Of a stretch of 64,000 nt of DNA, positions 14,211-26,894 are shown piece by piece (the stretch's first letter is position 1; every line of letters begins with the position of its first letter). Location: the NCBI RefSeq assembly GCF_023055435.1, contig NW_025964001.1, positions 16,678,001 to 16,742,000 on the forward strand. Reading direction: 5' to 3'. The notes under the pieces were generated by a model that did not search any database, was not told the origin of the DNA, and worked only from the letters and a program-made list of their open reading frames with translations. The translations under genes were made by a program, and so were the position numbers. Origin of the DNA: Haliotis rufescens (taxonomy: Eukaryota).

Positions 14211-14717
14211 TTTACAGAGACACTTATAAAGCTAAAGCGCGCTGCTGAGTGCGGCGTTAACCAACAAACGAGACCAAAGAGCGAATGAGATCTATTCTCA
14301 ATGATAACTCAGTTGAACTGATCTGGCATCAGATTTGGCTTCACACACACGTGCACACAGACACCACACGTCCCACACGATTGAATATGGGGTCAGGAAA
14401 AGCCCCCACCCCTCCACCCCCAACACACGCACAATGAAATCCCTTCCTAAGGCCCACACTACAGTATATGGAATAACCAACTTGGATAGTTTATTTGCGA
14501 AACATCTGACACATGGCCATTCACTCAGAGCAGATCGTGTAAACCTCAATGTCACGTGATGAGTCACGCTTCATCATCCGTGACCGATCTGCTCGCTGAC
14601 ACTGCATAAGAACGCAGGAATTATTTACTTATTCACCGGGGACTGAACAAACAACGCACGCTGCTTGCGCACCTGGCTGTTTGGCCGTTTGTTTTGTTTC
14701 CCTGCAGCAGCTGGACA

Positions 14718-17700
14718 ATGACGTTCCTGGACAGCATATCATCAGACTCCTCATCAGGAATATTCCTAACTCTAGCAGCTGGGGCGGCTTTAAAATACGC
14801 CATCGGTTACTGGGTTCAATACAACCGTCGCCATCAACTTCGACGAGTCGGAACGGTGTCCGCTCTATATGTCTACCCAGTGAAATCCTTCCGGGGGCTG
14901 AATGTTATGGAGGCTGAGTGCACCCGTCTTGGGCTCAAGTACAAGGGCCTCACCGACAGGTATATACTTCTACACCAATGCAGACTTTCATGTAACTGAT
15001 ACTCTTTACGTTCTGTAAATATTTAATCGCAAATTATTTAATATAACCGGGGCGCTTGGGAAAGTGGGTCATGCCCAGGAGGGTGCTGTTATTTATTCAC
15101 TGTCACGCGAAGGGCCCTGGTGTTTATTGTTTGACATTTCAAGATAAGCCACGATCTCGTTGTGCTTACGTTGAGTGGTTGTCATGGGGACCAAGTCACA
15201 AAGGCCCATGACTATGAAACGAAACGGTAATATGCCTGAAGGTGTCGTTGTCAGCACAAGGTACTGCAGATATGTACCCCAGGTACGTTTCTGTATACAG
15301 AAATGTACCCTAACCAAAATCAGAATAAAGAAGGGTACATATCTGTACTACCTGTGCCGACAACAACCCCTTTAGCATTAATATGATATAATATATTATA
15401 CCACATTGTACATACGTGATGAGTACATGCTTCAAAATCTATCCGAATTATGCACATGCAAGTTCTGCAGTATTTATGTTTTGTTAAATGAAAATTCCCT
15501 TTTTTTCAGAATATATATATGTTAAAAGCACTCTAAGCTGATGGGAGTCATAGGCACATCCGTCGATAATAATCCATCCAATGTATAACGTCTTATTATT
15601 ATGATAAATGCAGGGGGCACGGGTGGCCTCAGTCGTCTGAGGCGCCGCGATTCGCTGTGCAGAGTTGCGTCCCTTGGGCACGCCAGAAACCTATGATTGT
15701 GGGTTCGAATCCCGGTTCGCCCCGATTATGTTTCTAGGTTTCACAGCACCATACCCGTGCTCGTGGGTTTCACCAAAGTGGTAAACGTCTGAGACCAGCA
15801 TCACTTCGGGCTTTCCTCCCACATTAAGCTGACACGCCGTGATATAACTGGAATACTGTTAAAAGCGGCGTTAAACCCAACTCACCAACTCACTATGATA
15901 AATGCAGATATAATAAACTGGTTAATAGAGGTTAGGATACTGGAAGTTAATTCCTATTTTATGTCATACTATGCATAAGAACACAAATGGGGTAGGGGTC
16001 AGGAATTAAACGTCGTATTGATGACTTCGCCCAATGTCCTCAACTCTTCTCGCAGTCGTCCGTGGACTGGTCAGTTTGATTGTTATTCTAGACACTGGAC
16101 TGTGGCCGATGAGGCAGGCATGTACCTCACACAGCGGCAAGTGCCCTCCATGGCGCTCATTGAGCCGAGTATTCATGGCGACATAATGCACCTGAACGCA
16201 CCGGGGATGTCCACTCTTAAAGTACCCATGAATCCCGAGGTCACACCAACTATGGTCAAGAAAGTCACGTGAGTAACCTGATGAAGGTGGTGTTTGTTTG
16301 TTCTGGTAGTTGGGGAGGTGGCTATGAGGGTGGGTGGCGGTGCATTATTAGTGAGGAATCAGACCTGTGCCACCATTCAAAACATCCATTTTAAAGTTCC
16401 TTTATAACTTAACATGAAAACATCCTGTTTGGGAATCGGTATTAGAATGGGCCCCCAGAAACCTGGATCGTCATAGGCGACTAATTGGATCTGACGGACA
16501 TGCTGCTCGGGGACGTCACACATCGCCTGTCATCAGACATCGACAGCGTGGGACGTTGCTCATATCATTCTCGAGGCGTGGTCTAGTGGTAGAGCGTCCG
16601 CCCGGAGAGCGGAAGGTTCGATCGGGGTTCGATCCCCGGCCGCGTCATACCAAAATACGTTAAAAGATGGTACTTGTTGTTACCCTGTCTGGCGCTCGGC
16701 ATTAAAGGGCTAAAACAAGGACTGGTCGGCTCGGAGTCAGTATACTGTGTCTGAGTGGGGTATTCATATTAAACTGCGGCATGTGTCTCAGTGTGCTAGC
16801 ACTATAAATCGGCATCAGTCCGTACTAGTACAAGCAGCCACACACACACGTGCATGCACGTCGCTATATAAGTGCTCTAATCTTGGACGCGACGTTAAAC
16901 CCCATTTCACCTCACCTCACCTCATTCTCGAGGCTCCACAGGCCGACGTCATCTACCTTTAATATGGCTGAGCGCGGCCTTAAAGAACACTCTCACAAAA
17001 CATAACACGACATCGTTATAAACAACAAGGACTAGGTTTGAAACAGAAAATCCACTGATTGGTATAACAATTTTCCTGGATACATAAGATCATTTCAGAG
17101 GAAATAATTCATAACATTGATAGAAAGTATTCAGTTGCCCAAGTGAAAGGGCTGAAATCACAAGCTCGGAAATCGGCTTCCAAAACGAACCCTATTTAGG
17201 GGCGTGGTTTAGAAAAAGATATGTCTTTATCATTTCAAATGTGATATCCATCATCAAACGTAAGGGTCAAGATAAAAAGTTACACCTTTGCATGAACTTA
17301 AGGCCGATTCGTTTGATATGTTCAGTGTAAAGACGGACACCGTTGACTCCCTAGATTGTGGGGCGGAGGCCGCCCAATGGCTGTGCAAGTACTTCAACAG
17401 GGCCGGTCTCAGGCTCCACTTCTCTGCGCCCTCACTGGAGAAGAGAGACTCCTACTATGGCAAAAAGTTGTGGGAGCATCCGGCATTACCTGGAGATCTG
17501 GTGAGTTGATTTTATTTTGAAATCGGATAAGCTGGGGTCAGTTTAAGACCTGAGCCCCGTTCCTCAAAGCGATCGTAGCACGACCATCATGTTAAAGTAT
17601 GGGCCTTACGATCGCCTTCGTGCTAAGATCGCTTTGAGGAACGGGTCCCTGGCCTATTGGGCTTTGTTTGAGATCTGATAAGTTTTGATCAGTTGGAAGT

Positions 17701-20700
17701 CTGTCGAATTGTGCTTAGTTGGATATTTGGTAAGGGGGGTCAGTTGGAGATCTGGTAAAAAGGGGGTCACTTGGATATTTGGTGAGTCGTGAATGGTTGG
17801 AAATTTGGCGAGTAGGGGTTTGGGTCAGTTAGAGGCCTGGTTTTAGGTCAGTTAAAAATCTGACGAGTTGGGGTCATTCAGAGATATGGCGAGGTTTGGC
17901 TTGTTAAAGATCTGGTTAAAAGGGGTCGGTGTGGAGATATGGTGAGGTCGGGCTTGTTAAAGATCTGGTTATAGGGGTCAGTGTGGAGATATGGTGAGGT
18001 TGGGCTTGTTAAAGATCTGGTTAAAAGGGGTCGGTGTGGAGATATATGGTGAGGTTTGGCTTGTTAAAGATCGGGTTAGAGGGGGTCAGTGTGGAGATAT
18101 GGTGAGATTGGGCTTGTTAAAGATCTGGTTAAAAGGGGTCGGTGTGGAGACATGGTGAGGTTGGGCTTGTTAAAGATCTGGTTAAAAGGGGTCGGTGTGG
18201 AGATATGGTGAGGTTGGGCTTGTTAAAGATCTGGTTGGAGGGGGTCTGTGTGGAGATATGGTGAGGTTGGGCTTGTTAAAGATCTGGTTAGAGGGGTCAG
18301 TGTTGAGATATGGTGAGGTTGGGCTTGTTAAAGATCTGGTTAGAGGAGGTCGGTGTGGAGATATGGTGAGGTCAGGCTTGTTAAAGATCTGGTTAGAGGG
18401 GGTCGGTGTGGAGATGTAACCGGGGGTGTTTATGAATAACACAGGTCGTTAATTGTCGTGAGGATTTATTATCAGAACACACAATCGCCCCTGTAGGTGA
18501 AACTGGGGCGGGAACTGTGTTCACCAACGCAATGTGACAGGACTTATGGTGCCTGCATCTATTTGGACGGTCTCAGATGAAAATACTACACAGAGCAGAA
18601 ATTTGTTGTCCGCATGGCAAGGTGTAGCGGCTGGTGTGCTGGTTAAATGCTGGGTGTTAGTATTTGAAACAAGGCCAATCAGGCGCAAGCTATACTAAAC
18701 AAAGGACCGACCCAAGCTACCTACTCTACCCCACAACCAGTAGAAGTTAAAATAAAATAAAACTCCACGCAGAGAACAAGTCGTTATACAGAGCTGTAGA
18801 ATACAGCAGCCATACAGGTTTATTTAATTCAACATAATTAAAGGTTAAAACACCATTTCATTACAAAACATTATATGTATACCATGTATACAAATATATA
18901 AAATACAGAAAATATGCACATATACAACACTGCCACAGAGATATGGTGAGGTTGGACTTGTTAAAGATCTGGTTAGAGGGGGTCGGTGTGGAGATATGGT
19001 GAGGTTGGGCTTGTTAAAGATCTGGTTAGAGAGGGTCGGTGTGGAGATATGGTGAGATTGGGCTTGTTAAAGATCGAGTTAGAGGGGGTCGGTGTGGAGA
19101 TATGGTGAGATTGGGCTTGTTAAAGATCTGGTTAAAAGGGGTCAGTGTGGAGATATGGTGAGGTTGGGCTTGTTAAAGATCTGGTTAGAGGGGTCAGTGT
19201 GGAGATATGGTGAGATTGGGCTTGTTAAAGATCTGGTTGGAGGGGGTCGGTGTGGAGATATGGTGAGGTCGGGCTTGTTAAAGATCTGGTTAGAGGGGTC
19301 GGTGTGGAGATATGGTGAGGTCGGGCTTGTTAAAGATCTGGTTAGAGGGGTCAGTGTGGAGATATGGTGAGGTCGGGCTTGTTAAAGATCTGGTAAGAGG
19401 TGGTCGGTGTTGAGATATGGTGAGGTTGGGCTTGTTAAAGATCTGGTTAGAGGAGGTTAGTGTGGAGATATGGTGAGGTCGGGCTTGTTAAAGATCTGTT
19501 TAGAGGGGTCAGTGTGGAGATATGGTGATGTTGGGCTTGTTAAAAATCTGGTTGGAGGGGGTCGGTGTGGAGATATGGTGAGGTTGGGCTTGTTAAAGAT
19601 CTGGTTAGAGGAGGTTGGTGTGGAGATATGGTGAGGTTGGGCTTGTTAAAGATCTGGTTAGAGGGGGTCGGTGTGGAGATATGTGAGATTGGGCTTGTTA
19701 AAGATCTGGTTAGAGGGGGTCGGTGTGGAGATTTTGTGAGGTTGGGCTTGTTAAAGATCTGGTTAAAAGGGGTCGGTGTGGAGATATGGTGAGGTCAGGC
19801 TTGTTAAAGATCTGGTTAAAAGGGGTCGGTGTGGAGATATGGTGAGGTTGGGCTTGTTAAAGATCTGGTTAGAGGGGGTCGGTGTGGAGATATGGTGAGG
19901 TTGGGCTTGTTAAAGATCTGGTTATAGGGGTCAGTGTGGAGATATGGTGAGGTTGGGCTTGTTAAAGATCTGGTTAAAAGGGGTCGGTGTGGAGATATGG
20001 TGAGGTCAGGCTTGTTAAAGATCTGGTTAGAGGGGGTCGGTGTGGAGATTTTGTGAGGTTGGGCTTGTTAAAGATCTGGTTAAAAGGGGTCGGTGTGGAG
20101 ATATGGTGAGGTCAGGCTTGTTAAAGATCTGGTTAAAAGGGGTCGGTGTGGAGATATGGTGAGGTTGGGCTTGTTAAAGATCTGGTTAGAGGGGGTCGGT
20201 GTGGAGATATGGTGAGGTTGGGCTTGTTAAAGATCTGGTTAGAGGGGGTCAGTGTGGAGATATGGTGAGGTTGGGCTTGTTAAAGATCTGGTTAGAGGGG
20301 GTCAGTGTGGAGATATGGTGAGGTTGGGCTTGTTAAAGATCGGGTTAGAGGGGGTCGGTGTGGAAATATGGTGAGGTTGGGCTTGTTAAAAATCGGGTTA
20401 GAGGGGGTCGGTGTGGAAATATGGTGAGGTTGGGCTTGTTAAAGATCGGGTTAGAGGGGGTCAGTGTGGAGATATGGTGAGGTTGGGCTTGTTAAAGATC
20501 GGGTTAGAGGGGGTCGGTGTGGAAATATGGTGACTGGGGTATCGAAGAGAACTATGCTCTCCAGATCTCAACTCAATTATTGCGGATTTCTGCATGACTC
20601 ATTGATATATATCAAGAGAATTCTTCTGTATCGGAGCTCAATAATAATTGATTTATAGTGGAAAACACTTCTTTTTTCAGGAATTCCATTATTTCACTTA

Positions 20701-22751
20701 TTTCGTTTTCGATGCGACTTGCGAGGTTAACAACCGTCTTTCTCAATGTATTCCAGACAGCCTTCTCGGACTACTGTTCCTACATGGTCCTCTCCAACGC
20801 CTCCTTGCGAGCTCTCAACGACAGACTAGCAAGCCCCGTGCCCATCCTCAACTTCAGAGCCAACATCATCGTGGACGACTGTGGTCCGTTTGCAGAGGTA
20901 CTTGAGGCAGATACTTGAGACAGATACTCAACGCACTTCACATCGTGAGATTGAATAAGATGCAACAGTGCCTATGTGTTTCCCAAGTTTCCATGTGTAC
21001 CTGTACCGGTTTCACCGGGGGATCCAGGTGGGGTTCGTCGGGTGGGAGGGGCGGTGGGGTAGCCTAGTGGTAAAAGCGTTCGCTCGTCACTCCCCACATG
21101 GGTACAATGAGTGAATCCCATTTCTGGTGTCCCCCGCTCTGATATTGCAGGTTAAAGCAGGTTAACACCATACTCACTCACTCACTCATGTCGGATTGGA
21201 AACCCCAATGACAGAAAACTTCAACCTGAATGATTCTTTCGTTTCATTGAAATACTCATGTATACTACTAAATAGTACCACCCGATTCTTTTATACCACT
21301 AAAGTTAATCAGTCATGCGATGATAGATTAACTATAGCAGTATGAAAGAACCTGGTGGCCTTTAGCTTTTTGAATAGTATACAATAGTGATCCCCGACTG
21401 AATGTACAAGTTGCAATGTGACATCCCCATCCTTGTGGAAACTCCTAAAACTTGAAGTCAAAACTTCCAAATGTGAAACTGTATGTCCAAATTCATATAT
21501 TTCCAGTAGAACCAGTTGCCGGTTACTGTTGTTTAACATTAGGGATAGCATTGATCCAGATACACCATGGTGCTTTGTAAATTATCCAGTCTAAACCAGT
21601 GGTTGAGAGCAATCGCAAAGTCAGGGCACTCACCATCATACAGGTCACACATTATAAGGATATGGGGTGGCCCAGATATCTAAGGCACCGCAATTCGCAA
21701 TGCAGAGTTGCCTCCCCTGGGGCTCCAGACACCTATGGTGGTATGTACGAATCCGGTTCGCCCTGATTATGTTTCTAGGTTTGTCCGCACCATACCCGTG
21801 CTCGTTGGTTTCACCGAAGTGGTAAACGTCTGAGACCTGCATCACTCCGGGCTTTCCTCCCACATTAAGCTCACTAGCCGTGATATAACTTGAATACTGT
21901 TCAAGGCGGCGTTAAACTCAGTCACTCACTCACTTTAATGCACTGGCTAATCGAGGATGGTATTCTGACGACTCAAGTCCTCTTCACTCATCCTCCTGAT
22001 GCCATTGTGGCAACGTGTGATAATGACATATCTGTAACAGGATGACTGGAAGGAGATACATATTGGTCAAGCCAGACTGCGGACGCTGGACGCCTGCACG
22101 CGCTGTATCCTGACCACGGTGGACCAGATAAAAGGGGTCAAGGACAAAGACGAGGAACCTCTTAAAACGCTCAGAACGTGAGTCATGTGATCGCACACAT
22201 AATGTTTAAAAATAACCTTGCGAGTTTTGATTAACATCAGTTAAATAGAGAAACATAACGATATTTTCAATTTGTATTAATATTACCTTTTTAGGAAACC
22301 TGAAAGTTTGGTTTTGGCTGTACATTTTGTTTAACGCCGCACTCAGCAATAGTCCAGCTATAAGACGGCGGTCTGTAAAAAGTCGAGTCTGGAACTGACA
22401 ATCCAGTAAGTGATATCATGGACATAGATCAATCCAGTTGGGATACGATTATATCCATGAACCAAGTCAGCGGGCCTGGCCACCCGGTCCAGTTTGTCGC
22501 CTCCTACGACAAGAAAGGGTTGCTGAAGACCTATTCTAATCCGGATCTTCACAGGTGGCCGACCGTTGCTATCAGTGCCTTGAAAGCGAAGAGATGTAAT
22601 ATTTTTTGGCTCAGAAGTTTGAGGTCCAGTCTGTTTCTGTTTCAGATTCCGGAGGAAGGAGCCATATGGAGTGAAGCCTGCCTTTGGTGTAAACGCCACG
22701 TTCATCACGCCAGGCGTGGTCCGGGTCGGGGATCCGATATACGCTTTTTAG
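14718..22751 (+). CDS. MTARC: Mitochondrial amidoxime-reducing component (mARC, MOSC_N + MOSC), paralogue 1, about 325 aa
   Basis: Exons 14718-14959, 16092-16268, 17326-17500, 20757-20897, 22041-22177, 22646-22751 join in frame (978 nt). N-terminal hydrophobic anchor and motifs YVYPVKSFRG, DRHW, LTQRQVPSMALI, DCGAEAAQWL, AFSD, NFRANIIV, the Moco-ligating CTRCILTTVD, EPLKTLR and FGVN. Confidence 0.95.
15239..15373. mobile_element. Small palindromic MITE
   Basis: Imperfect inverted repeat GGTGTCGTTGTCAGCACAAGGTACTGCAGATATGTACCC...GGGTACATATCTGTACTACCTGTGCCGACAACAACCCC. Confidence 0.6.
15613..15894 (+). mobile_element. SINE family C (extended tRNA-like head, V-domain-like GGCTTTCCTCCCAC core)
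   Basis: A box GGTGGCCTCAGTCGTCTGAGGCGC, B box GGTTCGAATCCC, shared SINE tail; TSD ATGATAAATGCA (15601-15612, 15895-15906). Confidence 0.85.
16572..16922 (+). mobile_element. SINE family D (Meta/MESC-domain-like), nested in a decayed family-B SINE
   Basis: tRNA head TGGTCTAGTGGTAGAGCG...GGTTCGATCCCC; core GTCATACCAAAA...GATGGTAC...TGGCGCTCGGCATTAAAGGG; TSD CATTCTCGAGGC. A second copy lies at about 43325. Confidence 0.8.
17553..17648. mobile_element. About 96-bp Harbinger-type MITE
   Basis: Inverted termini (A/G)G(C/A)CCCGTTCCTCAAAGCGATC; flanked by CTG on both sides (CWG TSD typical of Harbinger). Confidence 0.65.
17881..20533 (+). repeat. 52-53-bp minisatellite (about 40 units) in mARC-1 intron 3, interrupted by a solo LTR
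   Basis: Unit GAGATATGGTGAGGTTGGGCTTGTTAAAGATCTGGTTAGAGGGGGTCGGTGTG. Confidence 0.97.
18415..18937. mobile_element. Solo LTR (Gypsy-like), 523 bp
   Basis: TGT...ACA termini and a 4-bp TSD GAGA (18411-18414, 18938-18941) that exactly splits one minisatellite unit; no long TIRs and no ORF. Confidence 0.8.
21048..21187 (+). mobile_element. SINE family A, internally deleted
   Basis: GGGCGGTGGGGTAGCCTAGTGG head, B box lost, (ACTC)n tail. Confidence 0.75.
21664..21933 (+). mobile_element. SINE family C
   Basis: Diverged copy of 15613-15894. Confidence 0.75.
22326..22553 (-). mobile_element. SINE family B
   Basis: Reverse-complement match to the family B consensus, including its head. Confidence 0.75.
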
Positions 22752-23284
22752 AGTTATCCCCCCTTGTTTCAATCACAAAGGATGCATTAAATAACACAAG
22801 GACAAAGCAGCTGTGTGCAACCAAGGGTGTCGTTGTACACACTACAAAGCGATCCTATCGCTGAGGTGATCGTAACTCCCATATCTTAACATAGACTTAC
22901 GACAGTCGTAGCGCTAAGGTTGTTTTTTGTAATGGCACCCAGGTCTTCTACCAGAAGGATAACCGATAACCGTGTCCCTTCATACCTCAGATTTGAGTTT
23001 ATCCTCCTCTGTATCCTATCCTAGACTGTATTCGAAAATTGGTCCCGTAAATTATTTTATTCCAGAGGTACTTCTCTTGCTACATGTTTTCAACTTAGTG
23101 CATAGTGTCTGCAATGGGGGACACGTATTCTCAGAATCTACTGACATTACATGAATGAAACTTTGCAAGCTTATCTCAGAGATACGAGAGATCGAGAATT
23201 GGTACCATAAATTATTTTTTCAAGAGAAGGTTTTTTTGTGTAACAATTTCACAGTTAATCATTTTTCTTCTTCTGCTTTATATA

Positions 23285-25595
23285 CACTCTAAACCAAGGT
23301 GTTCTACTTCAGAACACAAGACAGAACACATGGATTAACACTTTTAGAACGCGTTCATGTGAAAATATTCTGAACGGCCATCACGGCATGTTCTCGACCC
23401 AGAATAGGAGTGTTCTACAAACATAGAACATTAGAACGTTTCAACGTGTTGTGCCGGTGTAACACTTTTAGAACGCCTGTAATGCGTTCTAGACCGAGAT
23501 GCAGAACACTGCACGTTCTCAGACACGTGCTTCCACAATAGTGAAATGACAAATGATCGTGCGTGTCGAATATAAGGGTTTTTCAAGGCGTAAGAATTCA
23601 AACCATAGCCTCACATCCATTCATATTCTGTGGCATAAAATCACACGGACGAAATTCTGAACTGTAACCACGAATTCATTATTATCTATATTTGTCATGA
23701 TCATGTGGATATTCAAGTCCCATAAATATGTAAGTCAGAGCTTTTCATGAAACAAACTGTCGTGAAGAAAATTGAAACATACTTCCATACTTTCAAGTCT
23801 TTCACGAAGCGCATGCACTTCGCAGATACATCTCCCCAAAAAGGATGTTCGTAACAGCGACATGACCATAGCATGCTTGGGAAAATTTCATGTCAAATAT
23901 GAATCCGCAACATTCTACTACAACACCAAACATTTATTTTGTCACAGTCATCTATTTATCAAACAAAACAAACAAACATAAGACATTATTCTAATGAATG
24001 TTCGGTAGTAAACGCAAGATTACCGTGACAATCACATTTGTTTCATTATTTACAAGTTGCCAAATGTTTTGCCAACATTTGACTAACAAAGTTATCACTT
24101 ACTGGGATATAGACTAGAGCAAATTATACACAAGTACCTTAATTGATTTACAAAACTGACTCCTTGTTTCTTTTCCTCCTGGGGCGGTCGGGTAGCCTAG
24201 TGGTTAAGCGTTGGCTCGTCACGCCGAAGACCCAGGTTCGATTCCCGACATGGGTACAATGTGTGAAGCCCATTTCTGGTGTCCTCCGCCGTGATATTGC
24301 TGGAATAATGCTAAAAGCGGCGTAAAAGCATACTCACTCACTCTTTTCCTCCTTTGCGTAGACGTGTGCTATGTTCAGTAATGTCCATGGTACAGATTTT
24401 CTGCAATGCACTCTGTAATAGAAACAACAAAACAACGTGAGTCTGTTTCTCTGACATATTTCACATCATAACAAAAAAACCATGTCCTGTGCATGTTTAG
24501 TTCTTTTTGTTCATTACATACTCACACAACTCTCCGTCGATGTCGATGCATTTGCATGTTCAAAGACGAACATCAGTCTGGGTTCTTATAGAACCTGAAA
24601 TATATATTCGTTTTACTTGAACATCATTTCGGAAACTTTCAAATAGTCACAAGTGCAAATTGGATTGGGATTTCATCTCACAATTTGCGAATAATGCACG
24701 TGGAACGAAGACAGAAATTACGGTTAAAATGGTGGGGAATATGTCGTCTGCTATGCATGTTTTACTTCGTATGTGATGTCATATGATTTTAAAGCCGAAA
24801 TAATACACAATTTCGGGTAAGGATCAAATATGAAACAAAAGTATTCCTGGAAGGATACTTACCACAGATACCCCACAGATGATAGGAAATTGTAGCGTCA
24901 AATAAATGCGACGTCACGTCAGTTTTCTCACGTAACGGATGTGGTTCACGGGGCATGGGCAGCTTTGAATGCTAGTTAGAAAAACAGAACACTGACGTTC
25001 TGTTAATGAAACACGTGTTCTCGCGTATAACATTAGTGTGCTGCTAGGTGAGAAGGCGTGTGTTCAGCAAACAGACCGAATACGTTCCATAGCACACAAT
25101 AATGCTCGAGGTAAAATTAGCCAACAGAATGACAGTGTTCTGATACATGTAAATGTCCCGCAATGCTGGCAAGGTATTTCCATGGATTACTACTGAGCTG
25201 TATTTCAATAATGTTCTTGTATTTAGTCAGATTACATTTGAGTTATTATTAACACAAAGTATGCCTTGTGTATAAACTATTTATTATTCATCAAACCTAA
25301 AATATCACCCTTGCTATACACAATATCTGTTTGACTTACAATTTAGCAGCCTCTCTTCTTCTCAAAAATAGATATTCCGAAAACACAAATATATGGTCGA
25401 ATTTTAATTTATCTGACGATATTCAGCACATTATTTCTGCTAATGTGCATGGAGCTCTTCCAGAAGAAAACGCGCGTTCTACAACAGATCATAGGCGTTC
25501 AGCAATAGAACACGTACTGTCCGAAATAGAACATTCGTATTCTGTGGCAGAACGTGTGGACGCGTCCAGTATTCAATATTAGAACACATAGATTT
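23285..25595. mobile_element. Putative non-autonomous CACTA/EnSpm-like element with AGAACA/TGTTCT subterminal repeats
   Basis: Starts CACTCTAAAC. Dense AGAACAC/GTGTTCT motifs occur at 23290-23530 and 24980-25590. The right terminus is degenerate. Confidence 0.45.
24181..24342 (+). mobile_element. SINE family A, full length
   Basis: A and B boxes, (ACTC)n tail, 11-bp TSD CTTTTCCTCCT. Confidence 0.9.
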
Positions 25596-25938
25596 AGAAG
25601 GTAGGACTCTTTTTTTTAATAATTTATATTCACTACTATATGAACAAAAAACATTCTAATGTGGCCCATGGAGGGGGATAGTGATAACGCTGATAACAAG
25701 TGATACTTGTACAAATATTGGCAGATATCACAGATATTGGGTATGTTCGAGTACATACATTTTGTTTGTTGTTTAACGCCGCTCTCAGCAATATTTGAGC
25801 TCCATGTCGGCGTGTTGTGTAGATAAGCTTGGCAGTTTTCGGTCAGTTTTGTATCTTGGACAGTATGAGAGACAAGATCCGGCTTCCGCTGATGACGTAT
25901 ATGAATCTGTACTATCACCCAAAGGTGTGATAACTGGT

Positions 25939-26400
25939 TCAACAAGGCTGATATCTATCAAAGACTGCGTTGATCCTCCCTTTGACATGTGTGAGTTTGA
26001 ATGTTGTGCTGTGTCTTTCCACGAACCCTTTACAGTTAGCCAAGGTAAGCTCAATAGGGTTGAGCTCAAAATGTCTGACTGGCGTACGTAAGACAACGTG
26101 GCAATGTTGTGCCACCAGCACATATGTCTTGTACTTTACTGGTTTCTTATTCAGCTGAATTTTCTCCAGAAGTTGAACTTTCGTTTCATATGGTCTGAAG
26201 TCGACAATGTCATATATTGCTGTATGGTCGCCTTCAGGCTACTCATGGTTTGGGCGACAGTATCTGATTCCCAGACGTTATATTAACTGGCCTTATCCAT
26301 GATAATGACACTGAGGCTGTTTAAAATGGGCAATAGCTGCTGTTCCAACCAGTCTATGAACACATTACCTCCTTTAATTTCCTTATTAAAATCACCATTC
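25939..26400 (-). pseudogene. Decayed IS630-Tc1-mariner transposase with a long D-E spacer (DD~82E, Sailor-like)
   Basis: Minus-strand translation FIDWLEQQLLPILNSLSVIIMDKAS*YN...(frameshift)...KYKTYVLVAQHCHVVLRTPVRHFELNPIEL...FKLTHVK. There are 242 nt between the second D and the E codon. Confidence 0.75.
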
Positions 26401-26589
26401 ATGCTTGCTGTAAAAGGCGTCTATGCTTGTCGTAAGAGGCGACTAACAGGATCGGGTGGTCAGGCTCCCTGACTTGGTTGATGCATGTCATCGTATCCCA
26501 ATTGCGTGGATCGATGCTCATGATGTCAATCACAGGATTGTCTGGACCAGACTCGATTATTTACAGACCGCCGTCATATAGCTGGAATA

Positions 26590-26894
26590 CAATCTCATTA
26601 AAATCAGATCTATGTTCTCGCTGCCGCTCAACAAAGATCAGAGGACATCCCATTACGGGTCACGTCAGAACGACCTTTCGCGAACTTTGACCGACCACTG
26701 AAATAACTATAACAAGAAGTCGACATCACCCAATTAGAAAGCAGCTTTCTCGAGATTTACGGCACTCGTTTCAACCTGGTGACTTCCATTTCAGTCCACG
26801 CTTGAAAAATATGTTGACACAGTTCTCGATTAAAATTGTCCTCAGATCTTTGTTTGGCGATAACGAGAACTAAGATCTGATTTCAGTTAGATTT
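26590..26894. mobile_element. Internally deleted copy of the Mutator MITE at 57400, between two family-B SINE pieces
   Basis: Same TIR CAATCTCATTAAAATCAGATCT... at the left end and a degenerate inverted copy at the right end. Confidence 0.75.

Noticed and set aside
17881-20533. Repetitive ORFs (MWRYGEVGLVKDLV...) and a CRISPR-like appearance
   Set aside because: These are translations of a tandem minisatellite with no unique spacers and frequent frameshifts, inside an intron.
22515-22555. Hammerhead ribozyme core (CTGAAGA) on the antisense strand of the family B SINE head
   Set aside because: No matching GAAA box or stem II/III could be found.
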